From the IMG/VR virus record IMGVR_UViG_3300048924_000100, positions 150,199 through 214,198 of that record: 64,000 nt of DNA; one strand, 5' to 3'. This document shows positions 34,455-44,671 of the stretch, in pieces. The position numbers and the translations under genes are program-made. The first letter of the stretch is position 1. Each line of letters opens with the position of its first letter. Under the pieces are notes generated by a model that was given only the letters and a program-made list of their open reading frames with translations, ran no database searches and was not told the DNA's origin.

Positions 34455-37400
34455 ATGCATTTCCCTATTGTCCGTGAATATCAAGAGGACCTTGAAGGGC
34501 TTAATCCGGAAAACAAAATTACGGACGAGCCTAAATCCACGCCCGCCGGTATCTGGACGCGGATCATTGTTCCTGAACATGCACCCTTCTTCACCAAGTC
34601 GCTGACGGTTAAAGCATCCAACGGTCAACCCCTTGACCTGGGTGTGCATTACCAGATCTTTAGCATCATGCCACGCCTCACTGATCTGGCCGGTCAACCG
34701 GTAGCCTGCTTCATCGAGCTGTTGGACCCGGACCTCACCGACGTGCTGCTTGATTATCATGTCGTGGGGGAATACTCGTTAATTGACAACCGCATGCTGC
34801 AAATGATCTTCTCGGCTGTCAATGACGATCGTCCAGTGTTCTGGGAGAACCTGAAAGACAAGCCTGTGGTCTTCCCGCCACACCTGCACAGTCACAGCCT
34901 GATCCGTACGGTTATCTGCTGGCAGGACACGCTGGACGTCATGGACCTCTACCTGGCCATGAAGGCGGCTAACGGTCGGGAACCCACCCAGATCCGTATC
35001 GACCACTTCTACGACCTGCTGACGAACTACATCCACGTCTACAGCGACATGTTGACCGAGTTCTTGACCCGCCATATGCGGACCAACAATGAACACGGTT
35101 TGACTGCTGCTCAGGTGAACCTGGAAAAGGTCGACAACTTCGAAACCGCTAACAGCGGTAACGTGTTGCAGGCACGGTCTGACCAACATCTGACCCCACA
35201 AGGGTTGGAAACCATTATCGAGACCTTTGGTTTCGACAGCTCGCAATACCTGAAGACTGGTCTGTTGCCTATCTCGCGATTCGGTAACACCAACTTCATT
35301 CCTGCCAACATCGACGGTTCGTTCGAAGGTTTCGGTGGGTTCAGTGAAGCAGCCGCAATCACGTTGGAGTCTGATGGTTCGCTGGCCTATCTGTGGAACC
35401 GTTTCGACGGACGCACGACTGGCCTGTACTACTCAGTGCTGACTGACTCCGATGACCAGGCTAACGGTAAGTTGCTGTACACTGGCTACAAGTACGTTCA
35501 CCCTCGTATCGCAATTGACGGTGCTAACGTTAACTTGATTGCACAGGGTAGCGGTGAGGAAGTTATCCTGGTTGGCGACAAGGCACGTGAACTCTATTAC
35601 ATCGGTGTAACCAACGGTTCGCTGGATCCAGCGAAACACGTGTACTCGCCGATTGATTTGAGACCGCTGGTTAACGCTATCTTCACCAACCCTGGTGCTC
35701 ACGGTGTTAGTGATGTATTCGATTGGGTTAGTGTCGCTCTGATCGGGCAGTGGATCTACATTTTCCATAGCGCGTCAACAGGCGTACCGGCAGCGACCCC
35801 GTTCCTTGAGCAGGACATGCGCTTCAAGTTCTTCTACCGGGTTCCGCTGGCCAGTGTTAAGGCACAGGTTGCTGTAACGGCGACTCGACAGAACATTACG
35901 TTTCAGGATGCCGAGGGTGTTCAGTGGAATAACTCCCCTTACCACCGCTGGTGTGACAAGCTTGTAGACGGCAATGGTTTTGTGACCAAGTGCCTTTTCC
36001 CGTTTGTCCAACCCTGCAACAACATGATCGGGTTCTACCGTTCTGCGTTGACTCTGGTGGCGGAGAACCCAGCTGTACCTGGGCAGTTCGCGATGAAGTT
36101 CCTGACCGCGTTCTATGGAGCTTTAACAGGACCAACCCTCAACACGCAGTTCAGTTACGTGCCGGAGTTGAATTATAACTTCGATCCAAACACTGGGGTC
36201 TTGTCGCTGACCAGTAAGACTGCGGTCTTCCCTGTTGATTTCTCGCTGCCGGATCCTGCTGTCGCACACAAGCAGAATTACGCGATATACCTCATGGCGT
36301 TCTACTACTCCGGGCAGGGCGCTAACGTTTTGGCCGATGGACGGGTAGCGGGGTCTGGTTCTCCTGGGTTCGCTGGCTTCCCACGTGCAGCAATCGTGGC
36401 TACAATCCCGGGTTCCCATACTCGGTATACAACCATCTCGAGACTGTTCGGGTTGGGCGACAACTTCACACAGAAGTCATGGAACGAGGTGCTCACAAGT
36501 CCGTTGGCATCGTCGATTAGTCCACGTGGTCATGTCTATACGCCAACAGGTGAGTTCTTTATTGCCGGTGGTAAGACTCAGCAGATCAACTCTAAGCTGT
36601 TCTTCAAGACCATTGCTGGGCGATTTGCGGTAAGGCCTGAAGTAACCAACCTCAACGTTGGTACGGTGGTGTCGCGTCCACTAACTGGGGATATTCGGCC
36701 AGTGAACGCATTGCCGGGTATGGGCATGGCGACTGTGGTGTTTGACACAGCGTCCTTGTCAGCCTACGGCGTGGATGTGGGGGACGGTGCGTTCTGCATG
36801 AGTTCTCAGACCAAGCACTTCGACAGATCACTGGTTGGGACGGCTTGGCCAGCTAACACTGCTAACCCAAATGACGTACTGTTGGTGGCTAACCACAACA
36901 ACCGCATTGAACCAGACGGGTCGATAACCATCGTACCTACTCTCGAGATCCTCTACCCAGAGGCTATCGTCAATGTACTGCTTGCACAGATCCAGTTCCC
37001 GGGGATGGCAACGCGGTTCAAGTTCATTACGATCTGTGACCCGACCTACTCTGCAATGTCTGCTCGAGCTGGTTGGTTACCAGTCTGTGTGTCGATTCAG
37101 TACGGCCCTCCAGGCGGTGCGGACGTCAACACGCTGTACACAACGTTCATGACCATCCAGCCAACCTACGCGGCTGTTAATGGACGGTATCAGGTTACCG
37201 GATTCACGGTGCTTGACATTGTTCACAACATCGGTCAAGGGCAGGCTGTTTACACCACCCAGCGTATCTACGGGGCCGTTGATGACTATGAGTCCGTATC
37301 GTCGATGCACTGCCCAATGCGCTGCCGCTATTACCTGAGCGGTAACAACTTGCAAGTGTACATGGGTGCGGGGATCTTCTCGTATACGGCTGGCGATGCG

Positions 37401-38003
37401 TACATGCAGGACTGGATCTTCTCCTACAACGATCGTAACACTCGGCGTTGGAGTTCGAACCTCAGGCAGGACACCAGTACTGGCTACCCAACGGTCTGCA
37501 TTACACCAGATAACGGGATCAGTCGTTCCTTTGGCTGGGCGGAGTCTACAGGTGCCGCGGCTACCATCCAGGCGGGTCCAGTTAACAACGCGGTAGTGGG
37601 TTCGGTTTATCCACAAACGGGTTGGGTGGTGTTCTTCAAAACTGATATCAACGTGATCTTCAATGGTCGGCCATTTGTACTGGCTGCAGGTTCCATTGAC
37701 TTGCGTGATATCGACCCTGCTCCGCAAAACAAGACGTTCTACATTTATGCGTTCTTGAGAGACGGTGCTGCACAGTACGAGATCACCACGCTCAAGCGGT
37801 TGGAAAGTCAGTACCAACTGTGGGTTGGCAAGATCACCACGAACGCCAGTCAGATTCTTACCATTGACCGGTACAACGTGATCGCCATGAACGGCCACCG
37901 CATCAGTGAGCTTAAACGCGGTAACTCCATTCCAGCTTCGTCTGGTCTGGTCAATGAGGAAGGACAAATCCCTTGGTTCTACCAGAGTGAAATCCTTCCT
38001 TAA
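34455..38003 (+). CDS. Tail fibre protein 1 (phiKZ gp131-like family)
   Basis: 1182 aa; N-terminal PEHAPFF module, HGLTAAQVNLEKVDNFETA motif, beta-rich body, conserved C-terminal domain. Confidence 0.7.
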   Translation: MHFPIVREYQEDLEGLNPENKITDEPKSTPAGIWTRIIVPEHAPFFTKSLTVKASNGQPLDLGVHYQIFSIMPRLTDLAGQPVACFIELLDPDLTDVLLDYHVVGEYSLIDNRMLQMIFSAVNDDRPVFWENLKDKPVVFPPHLHSHSLIRTVICWQDTLDVMDLYLAMKAANGREPTQIRIDHFYDLLTNYIHVYSDMLTEFLTRHMRTNNEHGLTAAQVNLEKVDNFETANSGNVLQARSDQHLTPQGLETIIETFGFDSSQYLKTGLLPISRFGNTNFIPANIDGSFEGFGGFSEAAAITLESDGSLAYLWNRFDGRTTGLYYSVLTDSDDQANGKLLYTGYKYVHPRIAIDGANVNLIAQGSGEEVILVGDKARELYYIGVTNGSLDPAKHVYSPIDLRPLVNAIFTNPGAHGVSDVFDWVSVALIGQWIYIFHSASTGVPAATPFLEQDMRFKFFYRVPLASVKAQVAVTATRQNITFQDAEGVQWNNSPYHRWCDKLVDGNGFVTKCLFPFVQPCNNMIGFYRSALTLVAENPAVPGQFAMKFLTAFYGALTGPTLNTQFSYVPELNYNFDPNTGVLSLTSKTAVFPVDFSLPDPAVAHKQNYAIYLMAFYYSGQGANVLADGRVAGSGSPGFAGFPRAAIVATIPGSHTRYTTISRLFGLGDNFTQKSWNEVLTSPLASSISPRGHVYTPTGEFFIAGGKTQQINSKLFFKTIAGRFAVRPEVTNLNVGTVVSRPLTGDIRPVNALPGMGMATVVFDTASLSAYGVDVGDGAFCMSSQTKHFDRSLVGTAWPANTANPNDVLLVANHNNRIEPDGSITIVPTLEILYPEAIVNVLLAQIQFPGMATRFKFITICDPTYSAMSARAGWLPVCVSIQYGPPGGADVNTLYTTFMTIQPTYAAVNGRYQVTGFTVLDIVHNIGQGQAVYTTQRIYGAVDDYESVSSMHCPMRCRYYLSGNNLQVYMGAGIFSYTAGDAYMQDWIFSYNDRNTRRWSSNLRQDTSTGYPTVCITPDNGISRSFGWAESTGAAATIQAGPVNNAVVGSVYPQTGWVVFFKTDINVIFNGRPFVLAAGSIDLRDIDPAPQNKTFYIYAFLRDGAAQYEITTLKRLESQYQLWVGKITTNASQILTIDRYNVIAMNGHRISELKRGNSIPASSGLVNEEGQIPWFYQSEILP

Positions 38004-38019
38004 CACTTAGGTCCGGATA

Positions 38020-38055
38020 GCCGGGGAGTATCCCTCCCCGGCGTCCTTTCTTTTT
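38020..38055 (+). terminator. Intrinsic terminator
   Basis: Stem gccggggag/ctccccggc followed by gtcctttctttt. Confidence 0.7.
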
Positions 38056-38071
38056 GAATAAGGTTAAAGTG

Positions 38072-41000
38072 ATGGATTCCATTCCGCTCTTAGTGTTTGA
38101 CATCCGTGGCACCAATCCTGTCAACACCATCCCTGGTGAAAAGATCCCACTCACGGATAAAACCCTGAACTGGACGATTCCTAACGGGGCTCCTTTCTTT
38201 AACGAACCTGGTCTGCTCGTGGTTCGTAACCAAGCGGGTGGCATTCTCACTCGTGACCGTGACTACTTTGTAGAAGGTGAGTTTGTTCCCTTCTGTGAGA
38301 TCACTGGTCGTTCCATTTGTTCCTTCATCCGCGTCTCTGACGAAATCCTGGCAGCTAACGATTTCATTACTGTTGACTACCAGAGCATCGGGGCGTGGTT
38401 TGTACCCCGTAACGACCTGCAAGAGTGGCTGGACAAGATGCACGAGGGTAGCACTCCGATCCCTTGGAGCAAGGTGTTCTTTGTACCACCTACCCTGCCA
38501 CCGCAGTACCACACGCACAACATCAAAACCGAAATCATGGACTGGTATGATTTCACCTACTTCTTCGCTCAGCTGGAAGGTATCCGTAGTACTCGGGATC
38601 CTGACTTCGATGACAAGCTGACCGCGGCAGTGGATGATGCTTACCAGAAGTTGTATGCAGCACGGGATGAGCAATTGACCCGACTGCAAGCACACGACAA
38701 GAACTACAACAACCCGCATGAAGCTGATGCGTTCGACATTGTCATGGGTAACCACGACAACTACCGTACTGCCACCCTTGCAGAGGACCTGGCAGGCGTT
38801 AAGAGCGACGTTCTCAGTACACCCCATGGCGTGGTAGCCCTGGCGAAGAGTTACGTCCCAGACACCGATAAGGCGATGCTGTCGGGTATCTTCCCAATCA
38901 GCTCGTACAGTGGTGAATCCTTCTTGCCACCAAACATCAGTGGCTCGTTTGAAGGGATGGGGCAGCAGACTGAATGTTCCGGCATCTGCCTGGAGCCAAG
39001 TGGTCTGATGATGTTGTTGTCTAACCACAACGACGGCCGTACTCAGGGTCTGTACTTCTCCGTGGTTGAGAACTACAACAAGGACAATATCCGGGTTACC
39101 TACAGCAACTACAAGTATCGTCCACCAGCGCTGACGGCCCTTGGCATCGACGTTAACCGGATCATTGCGGGTAGTGGCAACAAGGTGATCATGACGGGTG
39201 TAGCAGGAACCGACGATTGGTTCATCTGCTTGACCAACGGTTCGTTCGATCCAGGTGCTCACGCTTACGTTCGTTGCAACATGAGCGCTATCACCGCGGT
39301 CTTCGGTTCTCCGTACGGCAACGCGCCAGTGTTTGGTCATAATGACCAGGCCACTATTCACCACATGGGTGCTTACCTCGTGCTGGTGCAGGCTTACGTG
39401 TCAAACGGTATTGGTAAGAGCCGTTTCTACCGCGTGAGAACCGCGGATGTGGTTAACGGGCTCGGGGTGACTTGGGAAGCCATTCCTCTTACCTACACGG
39501 ACTGGGACGGTAACCAGTTTAGCGGCGTACTGGACTATCAGGCCCAGCAACCGATCCTAGACGGTAACGGGAAGATTGTTCGTTTCGGGCGTTTCAACTT
39601 GCAGCAGCCTGCTACGAACGCGTATATCTTGCGCCGTGACTTGAACCTGTCTTGGCCACAAACAGGGGGAGGTGGTAACTACTACTTCCATACGGTACAG
39701 TTCTACCACATGACCTACTACGACCGTCCTGTGGATCCGTTGTTTGTGCAGATCATGGGTGGGATTACAGAAATGTACCACCTGTTTAATCCGGCTAACG
39801 GCGTTATGTCAACGCAGAGTAAGTCACCTCCGATTAGCATTAACTTCTTGTCGTTGGCGCCTGACGCTGGTGCGCAAGGACTTGCTAATTACCAGCACCT
39901 CTACAACACGTTAGTTACATACCAGCAACCGTCGACGGTAGTCCTATCGACTGGTGAACTGGTGACGACGATGGTATTTGAGGGTGCAGCTGAATTTCCT
40001 TGCCGATTGAACGTACTCAAAATGCAAGGTGTTAACAGTGCAGAACAGTTGCTGTCCAGAATGTTGGACGACACCACCAGACCAGTAGAACGCCAGTCCG
40101 TGCATACCCCAAGGGTACAGCCGGCTACGAGAAACGGGGTGTACAGCACCACGATGACGTTTGAAGCTGACGGAGAAGTGTTCGGTGCTGCTGACATGTC
40201 AACACCTGATCTGGCGCGCAAGGTTTTCTTCCGCAAGGTCAGCGGTGGGTATGCAATCCGGGATGGTGTAAACAACCTGACACTGGGCGCAAACATCTAC
40301 TCTCGCCCGCTGACTACAGAGATCTATACAACCAACCTACTTCGTACTGACGGTATGTTGGGGATCACTGGTTCGGGAGCTGAGTTGGCTGCGGCAGGAG
40401 TCGACCAGGGGAGCGGGTCGGCAAGTTTCTGTGCCTACTCGAGCCTTTACCCAGCAAGCCAGCATCTACCGCTTTGCCCACAGCTGCGGGCGCCAGCGAG
40501 TGGCAACGTTTTGGTATCGTTCCCACGGACGTACACCAAGGCACTGGACGCAATCAACAAGGTGGCAACCTACTCGGCAACCAGCTTCTACGGTTTCCGT
40601 CAGAACGTCATCGACCAGGTCCATGCGTTAACGGGTAATGCGGCCCAGTGGTCATTCACGGTCAACCACTTGGGGGCTGAGAACGGAGGGATGTTCCGAG
40701 GTTTAAATCACTCGGTGGTCATGGTCAACTGGATTGTTGATGGCACTGGACGGTTCCGTTCTCGTGTATTGATCGGTGTCCCTGTGGTTGAAGCTCCGAA
40801 TGCAGACCATCCTGGTATCTACCTCATCACGGGCTTTAACTGGGTGTCCGCACCTGCTGATGTCTCTACGTGTCCTTGGGCGGTACTGCAAGGGAATACG
40901 CAATGGCACTATCTGGACACCTACTACATCTGCAAGCCAATGCTGACTGCGTATCGTGATGGTAACTACATCAAGATATCTCTGGTGGCTGGGCATGCGC

Positions 41001-41674
41001 ATGTGGTGGCTACGTCTAACAACGTCCCTATCTGCATCTTTGACCTTAACCTGGGCAATAGTCAGATCGAGAACTTGGCAGTGGGTTCGCTTGGGCGAAA
41101 CCTAGGTGATGTGGCGGTGATGTGGCCTGGTGTTGGTATGACCGACGTCAGTATCACGGACCAGTCCGGCTTCGACGGTAAGCTCATCTCGCAAACCCTG
41201 TTCCCGTATACCTACACGGGTGGTGGTGCGGCCATCTACTTGAAGACAGGTGTGGGGTACATTGTTTCTACGACGGTCTATCCAGAAGTCGGCTGGCTGC
41301 TGTTTATCCAGGACAACATCCGGATGATGGTCAACGGGACTTCTTACTCTATTCAGGGTGGGACGATCGATCTACGGGATGTGGATGCTGCTCCGCAGAA
41401 CAAAACGTTTTACATGTACGCGACCATCGAGGACGAAACGCCTAAGTATCTGTTGTCGGTAACACCACTCCGTAAGAGTGGGTCCATGTTGCGGGTGGCG
41501 ACTATCGTTACCAACGATAAACAGATCCTGACGATTACTCGCGAACAGCCGTTTATGGTGGGCGATCTGCTGCTGAGCTATACCCGTGAAGGTGGGACGA
41601 TTCCTATGTCCGCGGGCTACCCTCAAGATGAAGGCTTGTTTGTATTCCTTCATCAGGCTGAGCTGTTGCCTTAA
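38072..41674 (+). CDS. Tail fibre protein 2 (paralog of fibre 1)
   Basis: 1200 aa from ATG 38072; shares GSFEG, NGS.DP..H.Y and IDLRD.D.APQNKTFY motifs with fibre 1. Confidence 0.7.
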   Translation: MDSIPLLVFDIRGTNPVNTIPGEKIPLTDKTLNWTIPNGAPFFNEPGLLVVRNQAGGILTRDRDYFVEGEFVPFCEITGRSICSFIRVSDEILAANDFITVDYQSIGAWFVPRNDLQEWLDKMHEGSTPIPWSKVFFVPPTLPPQYHTHNIKTEIMDWYDFTYFFAQLEGIRSTRDPDFDDKLTAAVDDAYQKLYAARDEQLTRLQAHDKNYNNPHEADAFDIVMGNHDNYRTATLAEDLAGVKSDVLSTPHGVVALAKSYVPDTDKAMLSGIFPISSYSGESFLPPNISGSFEGMGQQTECSGICLEPSGLMMLLSNHNDGRTQGLYFSVVENYNKDNIRVTYSNYKYRPPALTALGIDVNRIIAGSGNKVIMTGVAGTDDWFICLTNGSFDPGAHAYVRCNMSAITAVFGSPYGNAPVFGHNDQATIHHMGAYLVLVQAYVSNGIGKSRFYRVRTADVVNGLGVTWEAIPLTYTDWDGNQFSGVLDYQAQQPILDGNGKIVRFGRFNLQQPATNAYILRRDLNLSWPQTGGGGNYYFHTVQFYHMTYYDRPVDPLFVQIMGGITEMYHLFNPANGVMSTQSKSPPISINFLSLAPDAGAQGLANYQHLYNTLVTYQQPSTVVLSTGELVTTMVFEGAAEFPCRLNVLKMQGVNSAEQLLSRMLDDTTRPVERQSVHTPRVQPATRNGVYSTTMTFEADGEVFGAADMSTPDLARKVFFRKVSGGYAIRDGVNNLTLGANIYSRPLTTEIYTTNLLRTDGMLGITGSGAELAAAGVDQGSGSASFCAYSSLYPASQHLPLCPQLRAPASGNVLVSFPRTYTKALDAINKVATYSATSFYGFRQNVIDQVHALTGNAAQWSFTVNHLGAENGGMFRGLNHSVVMVNWIVDGTGRFRSRVLIGVPVVEAPNADHPGIYLITGFNWVSAPADVSTCPWAVLQGNTQWHYLDTYYICKPMLTAYRDGNYIKISLVAGHAHVVATSNNVPICIFDLNLGNSQIENLAVGSLGRNLGDVAVMWPGVGMTDVSITDQSGFDGKLISQTLFPYTYTGGGAAIYLKTGVGYIVSTTVYPEVGWLLFIQDNIRMMVNGTSYSIQGGTIDLRDVDAAPQNKTFYMYATIEDETPKYLLSVTPLRKSGSMLRVATIVTNDKQILTITREQPFMVGDLLLSYTREGGTIPMSAGYPQDEGLFVFLHQAELLP

Positions 41675-41681
41675 CACATCC

Positions 41682-41708
41682 GGGGGGTACTTCGGTGCCC
41701 CCTACTTT
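41682..41708 (+). terminator. Hairpin terminator
   Basis: gggggtac-TTCG-gtgccccc followed by tacttt. Confidence 0.6.
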
Positions 41709-41722
41709 AACGGAGAGTGGCT

Positions 41723-44617
41723 ATGATTATTTTGGGTGGGGAACCGCCATTCATCGAAAACCCGGCACCTCGGTTTGGTGAGGTGATCAAGAAGTTCAAC
41801 AAACTCACCTACGCCATTCAGCTGGCCACGGAAGAATTCAACCGCAACAACGCAGAAAAGCTGGAAACCATCGGCGAGAACGTAGACATCTTCGTTGACA
41901 CGGTGGCTGCTCCAATTGATGTGCACTTGGACTCTCGGGGTGCTCAACACGGTGAAACCCGCGCGTCGATTGGCCTGAGCAAGAAGGATAACTTCCGGAC
42001 GGCTACCAAGGCTGAACAGATTGCATTGGCACCGGTACAGGCCTTTGTAACGCCTGAGGGCGCCAAGGCTTCCCTGGTGGCTAACAACGCGTCGTTTGTG
42101 TTGGCTGACTACCAGTTGAACGACTTGTACCAGTTTGCGTCGTTCTTCTATCCAGACCAGTACCCTATTCCTACGCCTACTCGGGTAGAGCCAGTGCGCT
42201 ACTTTGGCGCCAGCAAGAAAACGGGTCTGTTGCTGAATGCTGACCGCCTGATCTTCTCGCCTTACTCCGATACTGCTCAGTACCTGAACCAGTCAATCTT
42301 TACCAGTATGCCGCTGGGGGGCTCCAAAGGTGCTAAGCTGGGAGAAACTGTTGGGTTAAGCTCTAACTTCCTGACTGCTTCCTGGAACACGGTAGGTTGT
42401 GACGCAGCTGACGGATCTACCGCCTTCTTTAAACCGTTGGCGGACAAGCAGATCTATCAGTACAAGAACAACCTCGCCATGCCCGGCAGTAACAAGAACT
42501 ACCTGTTGTACAGCTTGACGGGTAGCGCTACTTACAAAGGGTTGGCGGTTAGTGTGGCTCCGTCTGGTCCTGGTGGTAATACGGTACTGGCGTTGTACCA
42601 CAAGTTCTTCTACACGGCTAACCCTGGTACTGATCCAACTTTGGTTGAGCTGGTGTCGGGTTCTTACTCGGCATTGTTCAATCGGATGGACACAGCGACC
42701 TACTCTGGTCCAGCTAACGGCAGTCAAGCCATTCCTTTGGCTAACTACGTTAACTTGCCAGCGGGGGCAACTGTCGAAATCTCCGGTGGTAGCCACGGTA
42801 TTGTTACCACGTTAATGTGGAACGTGGTTAACGCGGAAATGTACCTCCATGTGGCAGTTCCTGTAACGGCTCGTTTGGGTGGGGTTTCTCGACCTCTGGT
42901 CTTCAGCTTCATGATGTCGATCATTCCTGGGTCGTTGTTGGCAGGTGGTGGTGCGTCGTTCACCATGCTCGGTACTCGTACCCCAGATACCTTGGGCCCG
43001 GATTTGTTGCCGGTTGGCACGGCTAACTACTTCCAGGACGGTAACCAGTTTGACCTGCTGAACCTCGTGCAGTACCCAGGGGCCATGTTGACATCGGGTG
43101 AGTTGGTTAAAGCTTGTTCTACCAAGAACGGCATGCGGGTTAAACGCTTCGCTACAGCCTATAAAGGCCTCAAGGACTTCCTGCTGGCTAAACGCCCTAC
43201 GGTTGACCCTAAGCTGGCTGTGTCCGAGGTGTACGCGCCTAGTCGTCATGCCTGCTTCGGGTTGTTGCCTGAACGCATCCTGCCTTATACCAACGGTGGT
43301 GGGCAATCCTCCTTCCTGGTGTACGGGGCTAACTCCAAAACGGGTCGCTTCGGTTGGCAGGAGTTTGGTTGGACATCCGACAGTATCGTCAGTACGCAGA
43401 GTGGCGATGGAACCTTCGGGATCCGCTTGCCTGATTCGATTGACGACAACGAAAACATGGCAGACATGCCGGCCAGTATGTCGGTCTATGTGAACCAGGT
43501 AGGTGTTGGGGCAGCTCCTTCGGCGTTGGTGTTCAATGAGAACAACCACTTCGTCGGGAAGAGTACGTTCCAGTTCACTAACCACACGTTGACAGTTGGT
43601 CCTTCTGTTGCACTGGCGGTTGGCAGTGTCATGGCGATCAAGGCTGCCAGTGGTAGCGTGATGGCTCGTGCAGCAGCAGCTAACCCTGCTCAGCTGGCGT
43701 CGTATCGAGTGCCACAGATCCAGGTATTCGGTTTGACCAACGGGCGTGCTGTGTTGGTGATCAGTGACGGTCTCTGCTATGCAGAAGCGGCTGTGGTAGG
43801 GTTGGTGGTAAACGGCTCTACAGCTACTCTGGACTTCACCCTGACCAACGGCTTGAAGTTGAAGCCAGTGACTGCAGGTGGGCAGCCGGCAATGACGGGT
43901 AACCGTACGTCTGCGTCGGGTGATGATGTCTGGTTGACCTACTCGGACCTGTTGGCGGTATACGTTGCACAGGACACGTTCCAGGTCGTAGTGACTCGGG
44001 CCTTCGGCAATGTGTACGGTGATCTCAGCTTCACGATCAATGGCTTCGCTACGGCAACACCTTCGTTTGTGAACGGTACGGTCAACAAGGCTCGGTTGTA
44101 CCAACGGAATGATGCCTTCGATACTGTCGAGGAACTCTATCCACCGCTGCTCTTGGCGGGTAAGGGTGTGTACCAGCATGTGCCCGCTAACACTCGTTTC
44201 ACTACACTGATGAATGAGGTTGGTGGTGGTGCTGCGAAGATCGATCCTTTCAATGTCAACGAAGCTGGATGGGTGAGACTGCCTGCTGGTTCTCGTGTGG
44301 TGTTGAACGGCCGTACCACGATCCTGGATCGCGACTATGCAGTTAAGGTGGGAACCTCCGGTACCTACTACTGCTACCTGCAACGTCTGGGTACCACGCT
44401 GATTGCGGTAGCTTCCCCTGTACCACGTCAACCCGTTAACAACGAGGTGTTGTTCGGTATCGCAACCAACGGTGTCCTGGTGTTGCAAAAGAACTACATC
44501 GTGATGGACAGTAAATCCATTAGCCCAACACGACATGGTTCTGCGGTTCCTTACTTCGCTGATAATGGCGGACAAGGCGTCAACCAGTTCTTCACAGCTC
44601 GAGATGTAAAGGCGTAA
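41723..44617 (+). CDS. Tail fibre protein 3 (divergent paralog)
   Basis: 964 aa from ATG 41723 (GGAG RBS); HGETRASIGLSKKDNFRTAT motif and a related C-terminal domain (LNGR...ISPTRHGSAVP). Confidence 0.65.
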   Translation: MIILGGEPPFIENPAPRFGEVIKKFNKLTYAIQLATEEFNRNNAEKLETIGENVDIFVDTVAAPIDVHLDSRGAQHGETRASIGLSKKDNFRTATKAEQIALAPVQAFVTPEGAKASLVANNASFVLADYQLNDLYQFASFFYPDQYPIPTPTRVEPVRYFGASKKTGLLLNADRLIFSPYSDTAQYLNQSIFTSMPLGGSKGAKLGETVGLSSNFLTASWNTVGCDAADGSTAFFKPLADKQIYQYKNNLAMPGSNKNYLLYSLTGSATYKGLAVSVAPSGPGGNTVLALYHKFFYTANPGTDPTLVELVSGSYSALFNRMDTATYSGPANGSQAIPLANYVNLPAGATVEISGGSHGIVTTLMWNVVNAEMYLHVAVPVTARLGGVSRPLVFSFMMSIIPGSLLAGGGASFTMLGTRTPDTLGPDLLPVGTANYFQDGNQFDLLNLVQYPGAMLTSGELVKACSTKNGMRVKRFATAYKGLKDFLLAKRPTVDPKLAVSEVYAPSRHACFGLLPERILPYTNGGGQSSFLVYGANSKTGRFGWQEFGWTSDSIVSTQSGDGTFGIRLPDSIDDNENMADMPASMSVYVNQVGVGAAPSALVFNENNHFVGKSTFQFTNHTLTVGPSVALAVGSVMAIKAASGSVMARAAAANPAQLASYRVPQIQVFGLTNGRAVLVISDGLCYAEAAVVGLVVNGSTATLDFTLTNGLKLKPVTAGGQPAMTGNRTSASGDDVWLTYSDLLAVYVAQDTFQVVVTRAFGNVYGDLSFTINGFATATPSFVNGTVNKARLYQRNDAFDTVEELYPPLLLAGKGVYQHVPANTRFTTLMNEVGGGAAKIDPFNVNEAGWVRLPAGSRVVLNGRTTILDRDYAVKVGTSGTYYCYLQRLGTTLIAVASPVPRQPVNNEVLFGIATNGVLVLQKNYIVMDSKSISPTRHGSAVPYFADNGGQGVNQFFTARDVKA

Positions 44618-44626
44618 AAATAACCC

Positions 44627-44663
44627 CTAACCCCACTAGCCCTACAAAGGCTAGTGGGGTTAG
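44627..44663. terminator. Bidirectional terminator
   Basis: 15-bp stem ctaaccccactagcc/ggctagtggggttag between convergent genes. Confidence 0.75.
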
Positions 44664-44671
44664 TAAGGTTG

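Noticed and set aside
34455-44617. Possible diversity-generating retroelement or shufflon in the tail fibres
   Set aside because: Similarity is at protein level with synonymous divergence. No near-identical template/variable repeat, reverse transcriptase, recombinase or inversion sites were seen.
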